From positions 199,899-263,898 of the forward strand of contig CAVZFY010000010.1 in NCBI GenBank assembly GCA_963774695.1: 64,000 bases of DNA. The letters are read 5' to 3'. A model generated the notes under the pieces. It saw only the letters and a list, made by a program, of their open reading frames with translations, made no database searches and was not told the origin of the DNA. Source of the DNA: an uncultured Chloroflexia bacterium (lineage in GTDB: Bacteria > Chloroflexota > Limnocylindria > Limnocylindrales > CSP1-4). Of the stretch, positions 44,964-56,555 are shown piece by piece (the stretch's first letter is position 1; every line of letters starts with the position of its first letter). Made by a program: the position numbers and the translations under genes.

Positions 44964-45932
44964 GCGACCGCCGGTGGTCGCGGATCCGCCGATGTGCCCG
45001 CCGCCTGCTCGCGGTACCACGCGACGGTGCGCGCGATCCCCTCGCCGAACGGCACGGTCATCGCGTAGCCGAGCGCGTCGTGTGCCCGCGTGATGTCGGC
45101 CTGCGAGTGGAGGATGTCGCCCGCGCGCGGCGGCCCGAAGATCGGGTCGATGGGCTGGCCGAGGGCGTCGCCGATGGCCCCGAGCAGCTCGAGCAGGCTG
45201 TAGCGCGCCCCGCAGGCGACGTTGCAGGTCAGGGGCCCGCTGACCGGCACGCGTGCCGCGAGCATGTTCGCCTCGACCACGTTGTCGACGTAGGTGAAGT
45301 CGCGCGACACCGACCCGTCGCCGTTGATCGTCGGGCGCTCGCCCGCGAGCGCCGCGGTCACGAACTTGGGCACGACCGCCGCGTACTCCGAGTTCGGGTC
45401 CTGGCCCGGCCCGAAGACGTTGAAGTAGCGCAGGATCACGGTCTCGATGCCGTTGAGCGCGCCGAGCGTGTTGATGTAGTGCTCGCCCGCGATCTTCGCG
45501 GCGCCGTACGGCGACTGCGGCCCCGGCAGCTGGGTCTCGCGGCAGGGCAGCGATCTCCGGGATCCCGTAGATGGACGACGAGCCGGCGAACACGAGCCGG
45601 CGGACGCCGTTGCGCGCCGCGGCGAGCATCACCTCGATCGTCCCGTCGACGTTGACGGCGCTGGTCGCCCGCGGCTCGAGCACCGAGCGGGCGACGGACG
45701 GGATCGCGGCCTCGTGGAGGATGACGTCGCAGCCGGCCGCGGCCTCGTCGAGCGCCGAGGGATCGAGGATGCTCCCCTGGACGTAGGTGATCCGGTCGAG
45801 CACGGGCTCGATCCGCCACCGGTAGCCGGTGGACAGGTCGTCGATGACCCGGACCTCGTCGCCGTCGGCCAGCAGCCGACGGACGAGGTGATGCCCGATG
45901 AACCCGGCTCCGCCTGTGACCAGTACCCTCAC
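44960..45932 (-). CDS. NAD-dependent UDP-sugar 4-epimerase (WbpP-like SDR); frameshifted
   Basis: 'VLVTGGAGFIG', 'HEAAIPSVARS', 'LRYFNVFGPGQDP.SEYAAV', 'SRDFTYV'. Confidence 0.92.
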
Positions 45933-47809
45933 GCCCGCACCCCGACTTCGAGCCACCGCCGCGCCCACAGCTCGAACGCCAGCAGCAGCCACATCCTGCG
46001 CGACAGGTCCGCGCGGCCCCCGAGGTGTTCGGTCAGCATCCCCGCCGCCACCTCCTGGTCGAGATGATCGCGGAGGCGCGCGTCCGGCGCCAGCACGACG
46101 TCCCGGTAGACGCCCGCAAGGTCCTCCCGGAACCAGCCCTCGAGCGGCGCCGCGAACCCGTACTTCGGGCGGTCGAGCAGGCTCGGCGGCAGCAGCGTGC
46201 CGGCGATCTCGCGGAGCAGGATCTTGGTCGTGCCCGCCTGCATCTTGCGGTGGGCGGGGAGCCTGCCGGTGAACTCGACCAGCTTGTGGTCGAGCAGCGG
46301 CGCCCGCGCCTCGAGCGAGTGCGCCATCGTCGCCCGGTCCATCTTCACGAGGAGGTCCTCGGGCAGGTAGGTCAAGGTGTCCGCATGGAGCATCCGGTCG
46401 AGCAGGTCGGACGGGCCGGCGGCGAGCGCGTCGAGCAGGTACGCATCCTGATTCGCGATCGGGTCACCGCCCATGAGCCGCGAGCGCAGCCGCAGGTCGG
46501 ACTGCGACACGCCACGCAGGTATCGCTCGTCGGCCGAGAGCCCGATCGTCTCGGCGAGCGAGGTGTTGGAACCACCCTTCGCGACCGCCTTGCCGGACAC
46601 GCGCCGGGCGGCGTCGCGGGCGTGCACGAGGCCCTTGCGCACCGGCTTCGGCAGGACGGCCAGGCGGCTGAGCGCGAGGGCGACGCGGTACCGATCGTAG
46701 CCCGCGAACGTCTCGTCGCCGCCATCTCCGGTGAGGACGACCCGCACGTGGGGCGCCGCGACCTGGGCCACGCGGTAGGTCGGGATTGCCGACGAGTCGC
46801 CGAACGGCTCGTCGTAGTGCTCCGCGAGCCCGGGCAGCATGCCGATGACGTCGAGCGCGACGACCTCTTCCGTGTGCTGCGTGCCGAAGTGGGTCGCGAC
46901 CGCCCGGGCGTAGTTGCGCTCGTCGTACTCGGCGTCCTCGAACCCGATGGTGAACGTCCGGACGGGCTGCGACGAGGCCTCGGCCATCAGCGCGAGCACC
47001 GTGCTCGAGTCCATGCCGCCCGACAGGAACAGGCCCACCGGGACGTCGCTGCGCAGGCGCAGGCGGACCGCCTCGCGGAGCAGCTCCAGGCCTTCCTCGC
47101 GGTCCTCGCCCGGGGAGCGGTTGGCCTTCGGGCCGTAGCTCGGCGACCAGTAGCGCCGGATCTCGACGTCGCCGCCCTCCCAGGTCAGGACCGACGCCGG
47201 CTCGAGCTTGTGGACCCCGTGCAGGATCGTCCCCGGCGCCGGAATGTACTGGTACTGGAGGAAGCGGGCGAGGGCGACGCGGTCCAGCTCGCGGGGCTGC
47301 GACGGGTCGGCGAGCAGCGCCTTGAGCTCCGAGCCCCAGGCGAGCCGGCCATCGCGGATCGTCCAGTAGATGGGTTTCTTGCCGAGCCGGTCGCGGGCGA
47401 GGACCAGCCGCTTCCGGCGCGCGTCCCAGATCGCGATCGCGAACATGCCCCGGAGGTGCTCGACGAACCGGTCGCCGAACTCCTCGTACAGGATCGCGAT
47501 GGTCTCCGTGTCGCCGTGCGTGCGGAGCGTGTGACCGCGGGACAGGAGCTCGTCGCGCAGCTCGACGTAGTTGTAGATCTCGCCGTTCTGGGTGACGTGG
47601 ATCGAGCCGTCCTCGTTCGCCAGCGGCTGGCTTCCCGTGTCGAGGTCGATGATCGAGAGCCGCCGGGCGCCGAACGAGACGTGGTCGTCGGTGAAGACCC
47701 GCTGCTCGTCGGGCCCGCGGTGGGCGAGCGTCTCGAGCATGCCGTTGACCAGGCGCTCGTCGTCCGGGCGCATGCCTTCGATCGAGCAGATGCCCGCGAT
47801 GCCGCACAT
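45929..47809 (-). CDS. asnB: Asparagine synthase (glutamine-hydrolysing) family amidotransferase
   Basis: 'MCGIAG', 'HRGPD', 'NGEIYNY', 'ARDRLGKKP', 'FLSGGMDSS', 'GDGGDE', 'SLEARAP'. Confidence 0.95.
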   Translation of the reverse strand: MCGIAGICSIEGMRPDDERLVNGMLETLAHRGPDEQRVFTDDHVSFGARRLSIIDLDTGSQPLANEDGSIHVTQNGEIYNYVELRDELLSRGHTLRTHGDTETIAILYEEFGDRFVEHLRGMFAIAIWDARRKRLVLARDRLGKKPIYWTIRDGRLAWGSELKALLADPSQPRELDRVALARFLQYQYIPAPGTILHGVHKLEPASVLTWEGGDVEIRRYWSPSYGPKANRSPGEDREEGLELLREAVRLRLRSDVPVGLFLSGGMDSSTVLALMAEASSQPVRTFTIGFEDAEYDERNYARAVATHFGTQHTEEVVALDVIGMLPGLAEHYDEPFGDSSAIPTYRVAQVAAPHVRVVLTGDGGDETFAGYDRYRVALALSRLAVLPKPVRKGLVHARDAARRVSGKAVAKGGSNTSLAETIGLSADERYLRGVSQSDLRLRSRLMGGDPIANQDAYLLDALAAGPSDLLDRMLHADTLTYLPEDLLVKMDRATMAHSLEARAPLLDHKLVEFTGRLPAHRKMQAGTTKILLREIAGTLLPPSLLDRPKYGFAAPLEGWFREDLAGVYRDVVLAPDARLRDHLDQEVAAGMLTEHLGGRADLSRRMWLLLAFELWARRWLEVGVRA

Positions 47810-47811
47810 GG

Positions 47812-49857
47812 CTAGGTGGTCACCGCGCGGCTCGACGGGACGGCGTCGCGTCCGCGCCCGAGGCCCGCGAGCCATTCGGGGACCGCCACCCGCTCGGTGG
47901 CCGGGGCGGCGAGCACGACCCCGAGCACGAAGCACAGGATGCCGGACGTCTGGAAGGTCGTTATCGGCTCGAGGAACAGCCCCGAGACGACGTAGATCGC
48001 CAGCATCGCGATCGACGTCCGGCGCCAGCGGGATGCGGAGCGGAGCATCGCGAGCCCGAGCGCCGCCGCAGCGGCCGCGTACGCGAGGGCGCCCACGATG
48101 CCCTGCTCGGCGAGGATCTTGAGGTACTGGTTGTGCGCCGAGGTCGCGAACGAGTTGCCGACGAACCGGGGGCTGACGTACTCGTACTGGCCGAACCCCA
48201 CGCCGAACACCGGGTCCAGCAGGAACAGCGACGCCCCCGCGGCGACAGACTCGAAGCGCTGCTGGTCGCTCTCGGACAGGCCCTGCTGCGCCACGGCGGC
48301 GGCCTCCTGCGGCGTCTCGCCGAGCCGCGCGTCCACGAGGAGCGGCGTCACGACGAGCCCGAGCACGAGAAACGCGACCGCCGAGATCGCCGCGACCTGC
48401 CGGTTGCGGAACCACAGCCACGCGAGGATGCCGATCCCGGTGGCGAACACCGAGCCACGCGACAGCGTGCCCAGCACGGCGAGGCCGATGATCGGCAGGC
48501 ACAGCAGCGCGAGCCGGCGGTGGCGTGGCTCCTCCACCGCGACGCCGATCGCGAGCATGACCCCGAGGCCGGCGAACAGGCCGAAGTAGTTCGGGTTCTG
48601 GAAGGTCCCCGTGACCCGGGGGAGACCCTGCGCCTGGCCGCCGGCGTAGAGCCCGCCGATGAGCGGGATCGCGGAGTCGCCGACCACCAGCTGCAGCACC
48701 GCGAGCAGGCATGCGAAGGTCACGGACAGCAGGGCGAGGACCATGAACTTCCGTGGGTCTCGACGGCGGAAGTAGAGTGCCGCGAGGACCAGGAGGATCA
48801 CGCAGTCGGCGAACTGGATGAAGCGCGCCGCCGACGCGACGGCGCGGTCGCCCGTGAAGCCGTTGAGCAGCGGCACGGCGGACACGAAGGCGATCCCGAG
48901 CAGGGCCACCACCGACACGGCCCCGACGCCGAGCCTGGGGATGTCGCGACTCGCCAGGATCCGGACCGTCAGCCCGTAGCCGATCGCGAGCAGGATCGGG
49001 AGCTTCACACCGAGCGCGCCCAGCACCTCGGGCTCCTGGTGCGGGATCAGGACGACGATCGCGGCCAGGCCGGCGCCCGGCAGGACGCACGAGGTCGCGA
49101 CGAGGAGTGCCGTGATGGCGAGCGCGGCGGCGCTCGGCAGGTCGAACGCCATGACCGCCAGCACGCCGATCGCGAGGACGGCGCCGAGCACGATCTCGCC
49201 GGTCCCGATGTCGACCGGACCGTCGGCAGCCTGGGCGCCGGCCGGGCTCCCCGGGGTCGCCTCGGCGGCATCCCGTCGCCGGCGGACGTCGAAGGCCGCC
49301 AGCAGCACGCCGACCGCCACCGCGAGCCCGATGACGCCGCCGATCGCGGCGGCCAGGGGCACCACGGGCATGTCAGGGGTGGCCGCCGCCTGGGCGACGC
49401 CGATCGAGACGAGCGACCCGGTCCCGTTGCCGCCCGTCCGATGCAGGAGATCGTTGGCGAGGCCGTTGGCGAGCGCCGCCGCCGTCTTCGGGTCCTCGTG
49501 GCGCGCCGTGATCGTGAGCTGGGTGCTGCCCAGCTCGGCGCGCGCGCTGGCATCGGCGAGGATCGTCGCTGCCTCGTCGCTGAGGCCGAGCGCCGACGCC
49601 ACCCGGGCCACGGCGTCCGGCGTGACGGCGATCGTCGAGAAATCGGGGGCGAGCACCGCCCGCCCGCGGATCGCGTCGAGCTCCTGGTCCGTGCCCTCCT
49701 GGGGCAGCCCGACCATCAGCGTGGCCGTCGACGAGTAGCTCGGCGGGCGGCTGAGGCTCCACAAGGCACCCGCCGCGGCCCCGATCGCGAGGCCGGCGAC
49801 GAGGATCGCGAGCATGCCGAGCATGCTCGTTCGCCTGGGGATCGACTGCTGGCCCAT
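47812..49857 (-). CDS. Fusion of a Wzz-like co-polymerase domain and an O-antigen ligase/Wzy-like domain
   Basis: Single intact ORF. N-part 'PPSYSSTATLMVG...DPKTAAALAN' plus TM; C-part 'RVTGTFQNPNYFG', 'TLSRGS', 'PVFGVGFGQY', 'AHNQYLKILAEQGIVG'. Confidence 0.85.
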   Translation of the reverse strand: MGQQSIPRRTSMLGMLAILVAGLAIGAAAGALWSLSRPPSYSSTATLMVGLPQEGTDQELDAIRGRAVLAPDFSTIAVTPDAVARVASALGLSDEAATILADASARAELGSTQLTITARHEDPKTAAALANGLANDLLHRTGGNGTGSLVSIGVAQAAATPDMPVVPLAAAIGGVIGLAVAVGVLLAAFDVRRRRDAAEATPGSPAGAQAADGPVDIGTGEIVLGAVLAIGVLAVMAFDLPSAAALAITALLVATSCVLPGAGLAAIVVLIPHQEPEVLGALGVKLPILLAIGYGLTVRILASRDIPRLGVGAVSVVALLGIAFVSAVPLLNGFTGDRAVASAARFIQFADCVILLVLAALYFRRRDPRKFMVLALLSVTFACLLAVLQLVVGDSAIPLIGGLYAGGQAQGLPRVTGTFQNPNYFGLFAGLGVMLAIGVAVEEPRHRRLALLCLPIIGLAVLGTLSRGSVFATGIGILAWLWFRNRQVAAISAVAFLVLGLVVTPLLVDARLGETPQEAAAVAQQGLSESDQQRFESVAAGASLFLLDPVFGVGFGQYEYVSPRFVGNSFATSAHNQYLKILAEQGIVGALAYAAAAAALGLAMLRSASRWRRTSIAMLAIYVVSGLFLEPITTFQTSGILCFVLGVVLAAPATERVAVPEWLAGLGRGRDAVPSSRAVTT

Positions 49858-49985
49858 GTCCCTGAGTCTACGATGGCCCGGCGCCGGACAGCCCTCACGT
49901 GGTCGACGCGTGGTGCGGGCTGTCATCGCGATCGCGGGCATGGACACGCCGGTCGGGCGGCGGGCTGGTATACCGTTTCGCCGTG

Positions 49986-50968
49986 ATGGACCGCGACCCC
50001 GACCGGCGATGGCTGCCCGTCACCGTCATCGTGACCGCCTGGAACCGCGAGGGATCCGTGCCAGCGGCCGTCGACAGCGCGCTCGCCCAGACCTGTCCGG
50101 AGGTCACGTGATCGTCGTCGACGACGGTTCCACCGACGGCACCCCCGGCGTCCTCGCTCGCTACAAGGACGACGCGCGTGTCCGGATCATCCGGCACGTC
50201 CAGAACCGAGGCGTGACCGCGGCCAAGAACACCGGGCTTGCGGCACTCGAGGCACCGACTGCCGCCTTCTGCTTCCTCGACAGCGACGACACGCTCCTCC
50301 CCGGCGCGATCGAGGCGCTGGTCAAGGGATTCGAGGCGCCGGGCGGTCCGTGGTCGCAGGTCTTCGGCTGGTGCCGCGACGCTCGGACGGGGGACACGAC
50401 GGGCTCCGCGGAGCGGCACGAGGGCACGGTGACCTACGGGGACGCCCTGTGCGGCCGGTTCCGCGGCGATTTCCTCCATCTCGCCAGGCGCGACCTGCTC
50501 GGCGATGCCCGCTTCGAGGAGCGCGGCTCGGGCGGCGAGGCGTCGCTGTGGTGGCGGCTGCTGCGCGAGGCGCCCGCCCGGCTCGTGCCGGACGTCGTCG
50601 CGAGTGTCGAACGCGGTGGCGCCGACCGAGTGTCCGTCGTGCACTACTCGGCCGAGTCGGCGAGGCGCAGGATGTGGGCCTATCAGGCCGTCGTCGATGC
50701 CGTCGGGGTCGACATGCGACGCGAGTGCCGGGACCAGTTCGGGCGCCTCAACGCCGACGTCGCGAAGTGGGCGGCGCTCGCCGGCGATCGGCCGCGGGCC
50801 AGGCGGGCGGCCGCGGCGATCACTGCGCGACGCCCCCGGGCTCCGCAGCCTGGCGATGACTGGGCATGTGGCTCGTCCCCTGCCGGCCTGCTGCGGTCGG
50901 CGGCCGCATGGCGGTCGGGACGGCGCACCGAGGTCGACCGCTTCGCGGCGATCGAGGCGACCGCGTGA
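49986..50968 (+). CDS. GT2 glycosyltransferase; frameshifted near the 5' end
   Basis: 'VTAWNRE', 'VIVVDDGSTDGT', 'NRGVTAAKNTG', 'FLDSDD'. Confidence 0.87.
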
Positions 50969-52149
50969 ACGGCCGGGCAGTCACGCCGCGCCGCGGGTCA
51001 TGTACCTCGCGACGGCGATGGGTGTCGGTGGAGCCGAGCAACAGGCGCGCTACCTCGCGCGCAGCTTCCGCCGACGCGGCTGGGACGTGATGGTCGTGTC
51101 GATGGTCCCGCTCGAGACACGACGAGGCCGCGCTGCGCGCCGAGGGGATCGTCGTCCGCAGCCTGGACATGCGCCCCGGGATCCCCGGCCCGCGCGGCAT
51201 GGCTCAGGCTCATCCGGCTCCTGCGCGAGTTCAGGCCCGACGTCCTCCACAGCCTGATGGTTCACGCCAACCTGCTCGCGCGAATCGTCAGGCCGATCGC
51301 GCGAACGCCCGTCGTCGTGTCCAGCATCCGCACGCCAAACGAAGGCCGGCAGTGGCGCTACGTCGCCTATCGGATGACCAACTGGCTCACCGATTGCACG
51401 ACGGCCGTCAGCCAGGATGCGATCGAGGTCGCGACGGCGCGTGGCGCGGCGCCGCGCGACGGGATCCGGCTGATCGGCAATGGGATCGACCTCGACGAGT
51501 ACCGGCCCGACCCGGCGACGCGGCAGCGCGTCCGTGACGAGCTCGCCATCGGCGACGCGTTCATGTGGCTCGCGGTCGGCCGCATGACCGCCGCGAAGGC
51601 CTATCCGGACATGGTCTCGGCGTTCGCGCGAGCTGCTGACCTCCTACCCCGGCGCACGACTGCTGATCGCCGGCTCGGGCGAGTCCGACGTCGAGGGCGC
51701 GGTCGCGGCGCGAATTGCCACGACGGGTGTGGGCGAGCGGCTCTCGCTCCTCGGCCATCGCACAGACGTCGCCGACCTCATGCGGGCGTCGGACGGATTC
51801 CTGCTCTCCTCGGCGTGGGAGGGGCTGCCGATGGTGCTGCTGGAGGCGGCGTCGACCGAGCTCCCGATCGTCGCGACGCGCGTCGGCGGCAACGAGGACG
51901 CGGTCAACGACGGGATCAGCGGAATCCTCGTCCGCTCGGGGGACCCGGCCGCGCTCGCCGACGGCATGCGCACGGTCATGGCGAAGGATGAGGACGCACG
52001 ACACGCGATGGGCCTGGCGGGCCGGGAGCTCGTCACGCCACCGCTTCGATCTCGATGCGACGATCGACATCTGGGTCGCCCTCTACACGGAGCTGCTGAA
52101 CCGCAAGGGGTCGCGGCGCGGCGCGGCAGGCCAGCCGAACCGGCCCTGA
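50965..52149 (+). CDS. GT4 glycosyltransferase; frameshifted
   Basis: 'GVGGAEQQ', 'HANLLAR', 'IGNGID', 'SAWEGLPMVLLEAA..LPIVATRVGG'. Confidence 0.88.
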
Positions 52150-52192
52150 GCGACATTGCGCAGGTGGTCGGGGAACCGGCCCACATCGTGGG

Positions 52193-52669
52193 TCAGCGGT
52201 GGACGACGGCCCAGTCGTACGGGATCCGGTCCGAGAACGGGTCGAGGCGCTCGGTCAGCGACGGATCGTGCGGATGCGTCGCGCAGTTGGCCACGATCGC
52301 GGACTCGGTCATGCCCTTGAAGCCGGTCCAGATGCCGGGCGGGATCACGATCAGCGCGTAGTCGTCCGGCCCCAGGAACCGCTCGATGAGGGTGCCGCGC
52401 GTCGGCGACCCGTCGCGCTCGTCGTACAGCACGAGCTTGATCCGGCCGTCGATGCACGCGTAGTTCAGCGTCATGTCGCGGTGCCGGTGCCAGCCCTTGA
52501 CGACGTCGCGGTAGACCGTCGTGAAGTAGATCTCGCCGAACCTGATGAAGTGCGGGTCCGTGGCACGCAGCATGTGGAGGATGGTCCCGCGCTCGTCGGG
52601 GATGCGCGCGAGCGGCACGGCGAGGACGCCCTCGATGGCCGTGGGCTCGGCCTGATCCGCGGCGGTCAT
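52193..52669 (-). CDS. dTDP-4-dehydrorhamnose 3,5-epimerase-like cupin (RmlC family)
   Basis: 'IPDERG', 'GEIYFT', 'VKGWHRH', 'LYDERDGSPT.G', 'IPPGIWTGF'. Confidence 0.85.
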   Translation of the reverse strand: MTAADQAEPTAIEGVLAVPLARIPDERGTILHMLRATDPHFIRFGEIYFTTVYRDVVKGWHRHRDMTLNYACIDGRIKLVLYDERDGSPTRGTLIERFLGPDDYALIVIPPGIWTGFKGMTESAIVANCATHPHDPSLTERLDPFSDRIPYDWAVVHR

Positions 52670-52763
52670 GACGGTCTCCTGTGGCGGTCGGACGCCGTCG
52701 TAGTTTCGCATCCCCAAATCGTCAGGGGTGCGGCGTTCGACGGCCTGGTCCACACTCACGGCC

Positions 52764-54108
52764 ATGCCCAGCGACGACATCGACACCCCCTCGACCGATC
52801 GACACCAGGAGTCCCGCCGGCTCGCCGCGCGGCTCTCGGACCTCGTGCCCGGCGGCGCCCACACCTACGCCAAGGGCGAGGACCAGTATCCGGAGGGCCT
52901 GGCGCCGATCATCGCGCGCGGCAGCGGCAGCCACGTCTGGGACGTGGACGGCAACGAGTACGTCGAGTACGGCTCGGGGCTGCGGGCGGTCTCGCTGGGC
53001 CACGCGCACCCGCGCGTGACGGAGGCCGTGCGCGCGGTCCTCGACCAGGGTGGCAACTTCGTCCGCCCGACGGCCGATCGAGCTCACCGCGGCGGAGCGG
53101 TTCCTCGAGACCGTCGGCTGGGAGATGGTCAAGTTCGCGCGCAACGGCTCCGACGTCACGACCGCGGCGGTCAAGCTCGCGCGCGCGGCGACGGGCCGCG
53201 ACCTGATCGCGATCTGCGAGGACCAGCCGTTCTTCTCCACCGACGACTGGTTCATCGGCCACACGCCGATGCCGGCGGGCATCCCGCAGTCGATGCGCGA
53301 CCTGACGGTCGGCTTCCGGTTCAACGACCTCGAGTCGGTCCGCCGCCTGTTCGCCGAGCACCCGGGCCAGGTCGCGTGCCTGATCCTCGAGCCCGCGACG
53401 GCGAACGAGCCCGCGCCCGGGTTCCTCGAGGGGCTCCGCGAGCTGTGCACGGCCGATGGCGCGCTGCTCGTGTTCGACGAGATGATCACGGGCTTCCGCT
53501 GGTCGACCGCCGGCGCCGCGAGCCGTCTACGGGGTGCGCCCCGACCTCACGACGTTCGGCAAGGCGATGGGCAACGGGTTCGCGATCGCCGCGCTCGCCG
53601 GGCCGCGCGAGCTCATGGAGCTGGGCGGCATCCGCGACACCCGGGAGCGCGTGTTCCTGCTGTCGACGACGCACGGGGCCGAGACGACGGCGCTGGCGGC
53701 GATGCTCGCGGTGCTCGAGACGTACGAGGTCGAGGGCGTGATCGAGCGCCTCGACGACCGCGGGCGGTGCCTGCTCGACGGGCGTGCGCGAGGCGATCCG
53801 CCGCCACGGCCTCGACGAGCGGATCCTCGTGATGGGCCGGCCGTGCAACCTGGTGTTCGGGACGCTCGACGCGGACGGCGCAGCGGTCGCAGCCGTTCCG
53901 CACGCTGTTCCTGCAGGAGCTGATCACGCGCGGGCGTCATCGGGCCGTCGTTCGTCGTCAGCGCGGCGTTGTCCGACGAGGACATCGACCGGACCGTCGA
54001 GGCCGTCGACGCAGGCGCTGGCCGTCTACTTCGCGGGCGCTCTCGGACGGCATCGACGGCTACCTCCGCGGTCGGCCCGTCAAGCCGGTGTTCCGCCCCT
54101 TCGCCTGA
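52764..54108 (+). CDS. Class III aminotransferase (glutamate-1-semialdehyde aminomutase-like, of the type found in sugar loci); frameshifted
   Basis: 'PGGAHTYAKGEDQYP', 'DVDGNEY', 'KFARNGSD', 'FDEMITGFR', 'FGKAMGNG', 'STTHGAE'. Confidence 0.88.
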
Positions 54109-54157
54109 CGTTTTCGCGCCGGCGATCGCCGAGCCGACGGCCGGGGGACGCGCGACG

Positions 54158-55855
54158 TCAGCCCAGCGCGAGCGCCCCGAGGTGCTCCGTGAGCCGCAGG
54201 TTCTCGCGGTAGTCGATCGGCACCTCGACCAGCGACGGGCCGGCGACGTCCAGCGCGCGCGCCAGCGTCGGCGCGAGCTCGGCCGACGGACGCGGGGCGG
54301 AACGCCGCCATCCCGAACGACTGCGCCAGGGCGACGAAGTCGGGGTTGCCGAACTCGACCCCGAACGGCCGCCCGAACTCGTTGCGCTGCTTCCAGTCGA
54401 TGAGCCCGTAGCCGTCGTCGCGCCAGACCACGACCGTGACCCGCACGCCCAGCCGGACCGCCGTCTCGAGCTCCTGGACGTTCATCAGCAGCCCGCCGTC
54501 GCCGCACAGCGCGACCACGTGCCGGTCGGGGTGCACGAGCGAGGCGGCGATCGCCCCGGGCAGCGCGATCCCCATCGACGCGAAGCCGTTCGAGATGATC
54601 ACGGTGTTGGGCTCGTACGCCTGGTACAGCCGCGCGACCCAGATCTTGTGCGCGCCGACGTCGCTGACCACGATGTCGTCGGGCGCGAGGGCCGCCCGCA
54701 GGTCCGCGATCGCCTTCTGCGGCCGGATCGGCCAGCCGTCGTCGGCCTCGTACGCGGCGAGCTCGCGGAGCAGCTCCTGGCGCAGGTCCGCGTGGACCAG
54801 CACCTCGCGCGACGCGTGCCGGGCGGCGGCGTCGCGGCCGCCGATCCCGCGCGGCATGCAGCGCCTCGAGCAGCCGCCGGAGCGTGCCGCCGATGTCGCC
54901 GATCAGCTCGACCTCGGGGCGGTACGCGGCGTCGACCTCGGCCGGCGTCGTGTCGATGTGCACGATCCGGTTCGACCCGCCCGGGTTCCAGCGCCCCGGC
55001 GCGTACTCGACCGGGTCGTAGCCGACGGAGATCACGAGGTCGGACCGGTCGAAGCCCGGACAGGACGTGGTCGCGGGCCTGGAGCCCGACGGCCATCAGC
55101 GACAGGTGCGAGCGGTCGTCGATCGCGCCCTTGCCCATGAACGTGACGGCGACCGGCACGTGCAGGCCGCGCGCGAAGGCCCGCAGCTCGTCCGACGCGC
55201 CGCGGCGGAGCACGCCGTTCCCGGCCAGCACGATCGGGCGGGCGGCGGCGGCGATCAGGTCCGCGGCGCGCTCGATCGCCTCGTCCGTGGGCTCGGACAT
55301 GGCGGCGGGCGCCAGGTCCAGCGCACCGAGCGAGGCGTCGACCTCGGTCGCCGCGATGTCCTCGGGCAGCTCGATGTGGGTCGGCCCGGGCTTCTCCTGC
55401 CGCGCCACCCGGAACGCCTTGGCGACGATCTCGGGGATCGCGCCCGGGACCTCGACCCGCGCCGTCCACTTCGTGACCGGCTCGAACATCCGCGGGATGT
55501 CGACGTACTGGTGCGACTCCTTGTGGACCTTGTCGATGCCGGTCTGCCCGGTGATCGCGACCATCGGCGCGTGGTCGAGGTAGGCGTCCGCGATGCCGGT
55601 GACGAGGTTCGTCGCGCCCGGGCCCAGCGTCGCCATGGCGACCGCGCAGCGGCCGGTGAGGCGGCCGTAGACGTCGGCCATGAACGCGGCGCCCTGCTCG
55701 TGGCGGGTGGTGACGTGGCGGACGCTCGGGTGGTCGGCGAGCGCCTCGAGGACGTCCATCGTCTCCTCGCCGGGCACGGAGAAGACGTACTCGCAGCCCT
55801 CGGCGGCGAGGCAGTCGACGAGGAGGTGGGCGGCCGTCCGCTTGCCCGGGGTCAC
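54158..55855 (-). CDS. Acetolactate synthase large subunit (ThDP enzyme); frameshifted
   Basis: 'VPGEE', 'TRHEQGAAFMAD', 'TLGPGATN', 'SDVGAHK', 'GDGGLLMNVQELET'. Confidence 0.92.
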
Positions 55856-55890
55856 CCGGGCAGTCTACGGGCTGTCGGCGGTGCGAACGG

Positions 55891-56494
55891 TCAGGCGGCG
55901 CCCTGCGGCTCGCCCGACGACTCGGGCGCGAACGTGGCGAGCGCCTGGCGGGCGCGCCGGCGCATCGATTCCTGCTGCTCGTCCTCGACGCGTCTCCAGC
56001 AGCCAGGCGCTGGCGAGCAGGACCATCCCGAAGGCGATCAGGAACATCACGCCCTGGTAGGTGCTGAGGAGGGCGATCCCGAAGCCCGCGTACGGCACGG
56101 CGACGGTGACCTTGCCGATGACGTCCTTGGCCGGGACCAGCGACGGGTCGGCCGTCTCGTTGGCGTCGCCCTTGGTCTCGAGGTAGACCCCGTCGGGGAG
56201 CTGGACGACGCGCGTGATGCGGTGGGTGAAGACGGCGTTCTTGATCCCGGCCTGGAGGCTGATGACGTCGCCGGGCTCGAGCTGGTCCGGGGTGACCGGC
56301 ACCACGTGGACGGCCGATCCGAGCGGGATCGTCGGCTCCATCGACGGCCCGCCGACCACGAAGGTCGTGCCGCCGGTGACCGTGGGCAGGATCCGGGCCA
56401 GGACCACGATGCCGAGCACGCCGACGATGAGCAGCAGCAGCAGCACGTCGAGGGTCTTGCGCGCGATTCGCGTCACGAGCGTGACGAGCGGCAT
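55891..56494 (-). CDS. sipW: Signal peptidase I, SipW/S26B type; frameshift near the 3' end
   Basis: 'GPSMEPTIPLG', 'FTHRI', 'TKGDANETAD', 'IGKV..VPYAG' (Ser-His type). Confidence 0.88.
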
Positions 56495-56555
56495 GGCCGG
56501 GCTCCAGGTGTGGCGATCGGTCGCGGTGCGCCCGATCTGGTCCGGGAAGTGCGAA

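Noticed and set aside
52764-54108. hemL (tetrapyrrole biosynthesis)
   Set aside because: The 'PGGAHTYAKG.DQYP' subtype and the position at the edge of a sugar locus point to a sugar-pathway aminotransferase, so no gene symbol was given.
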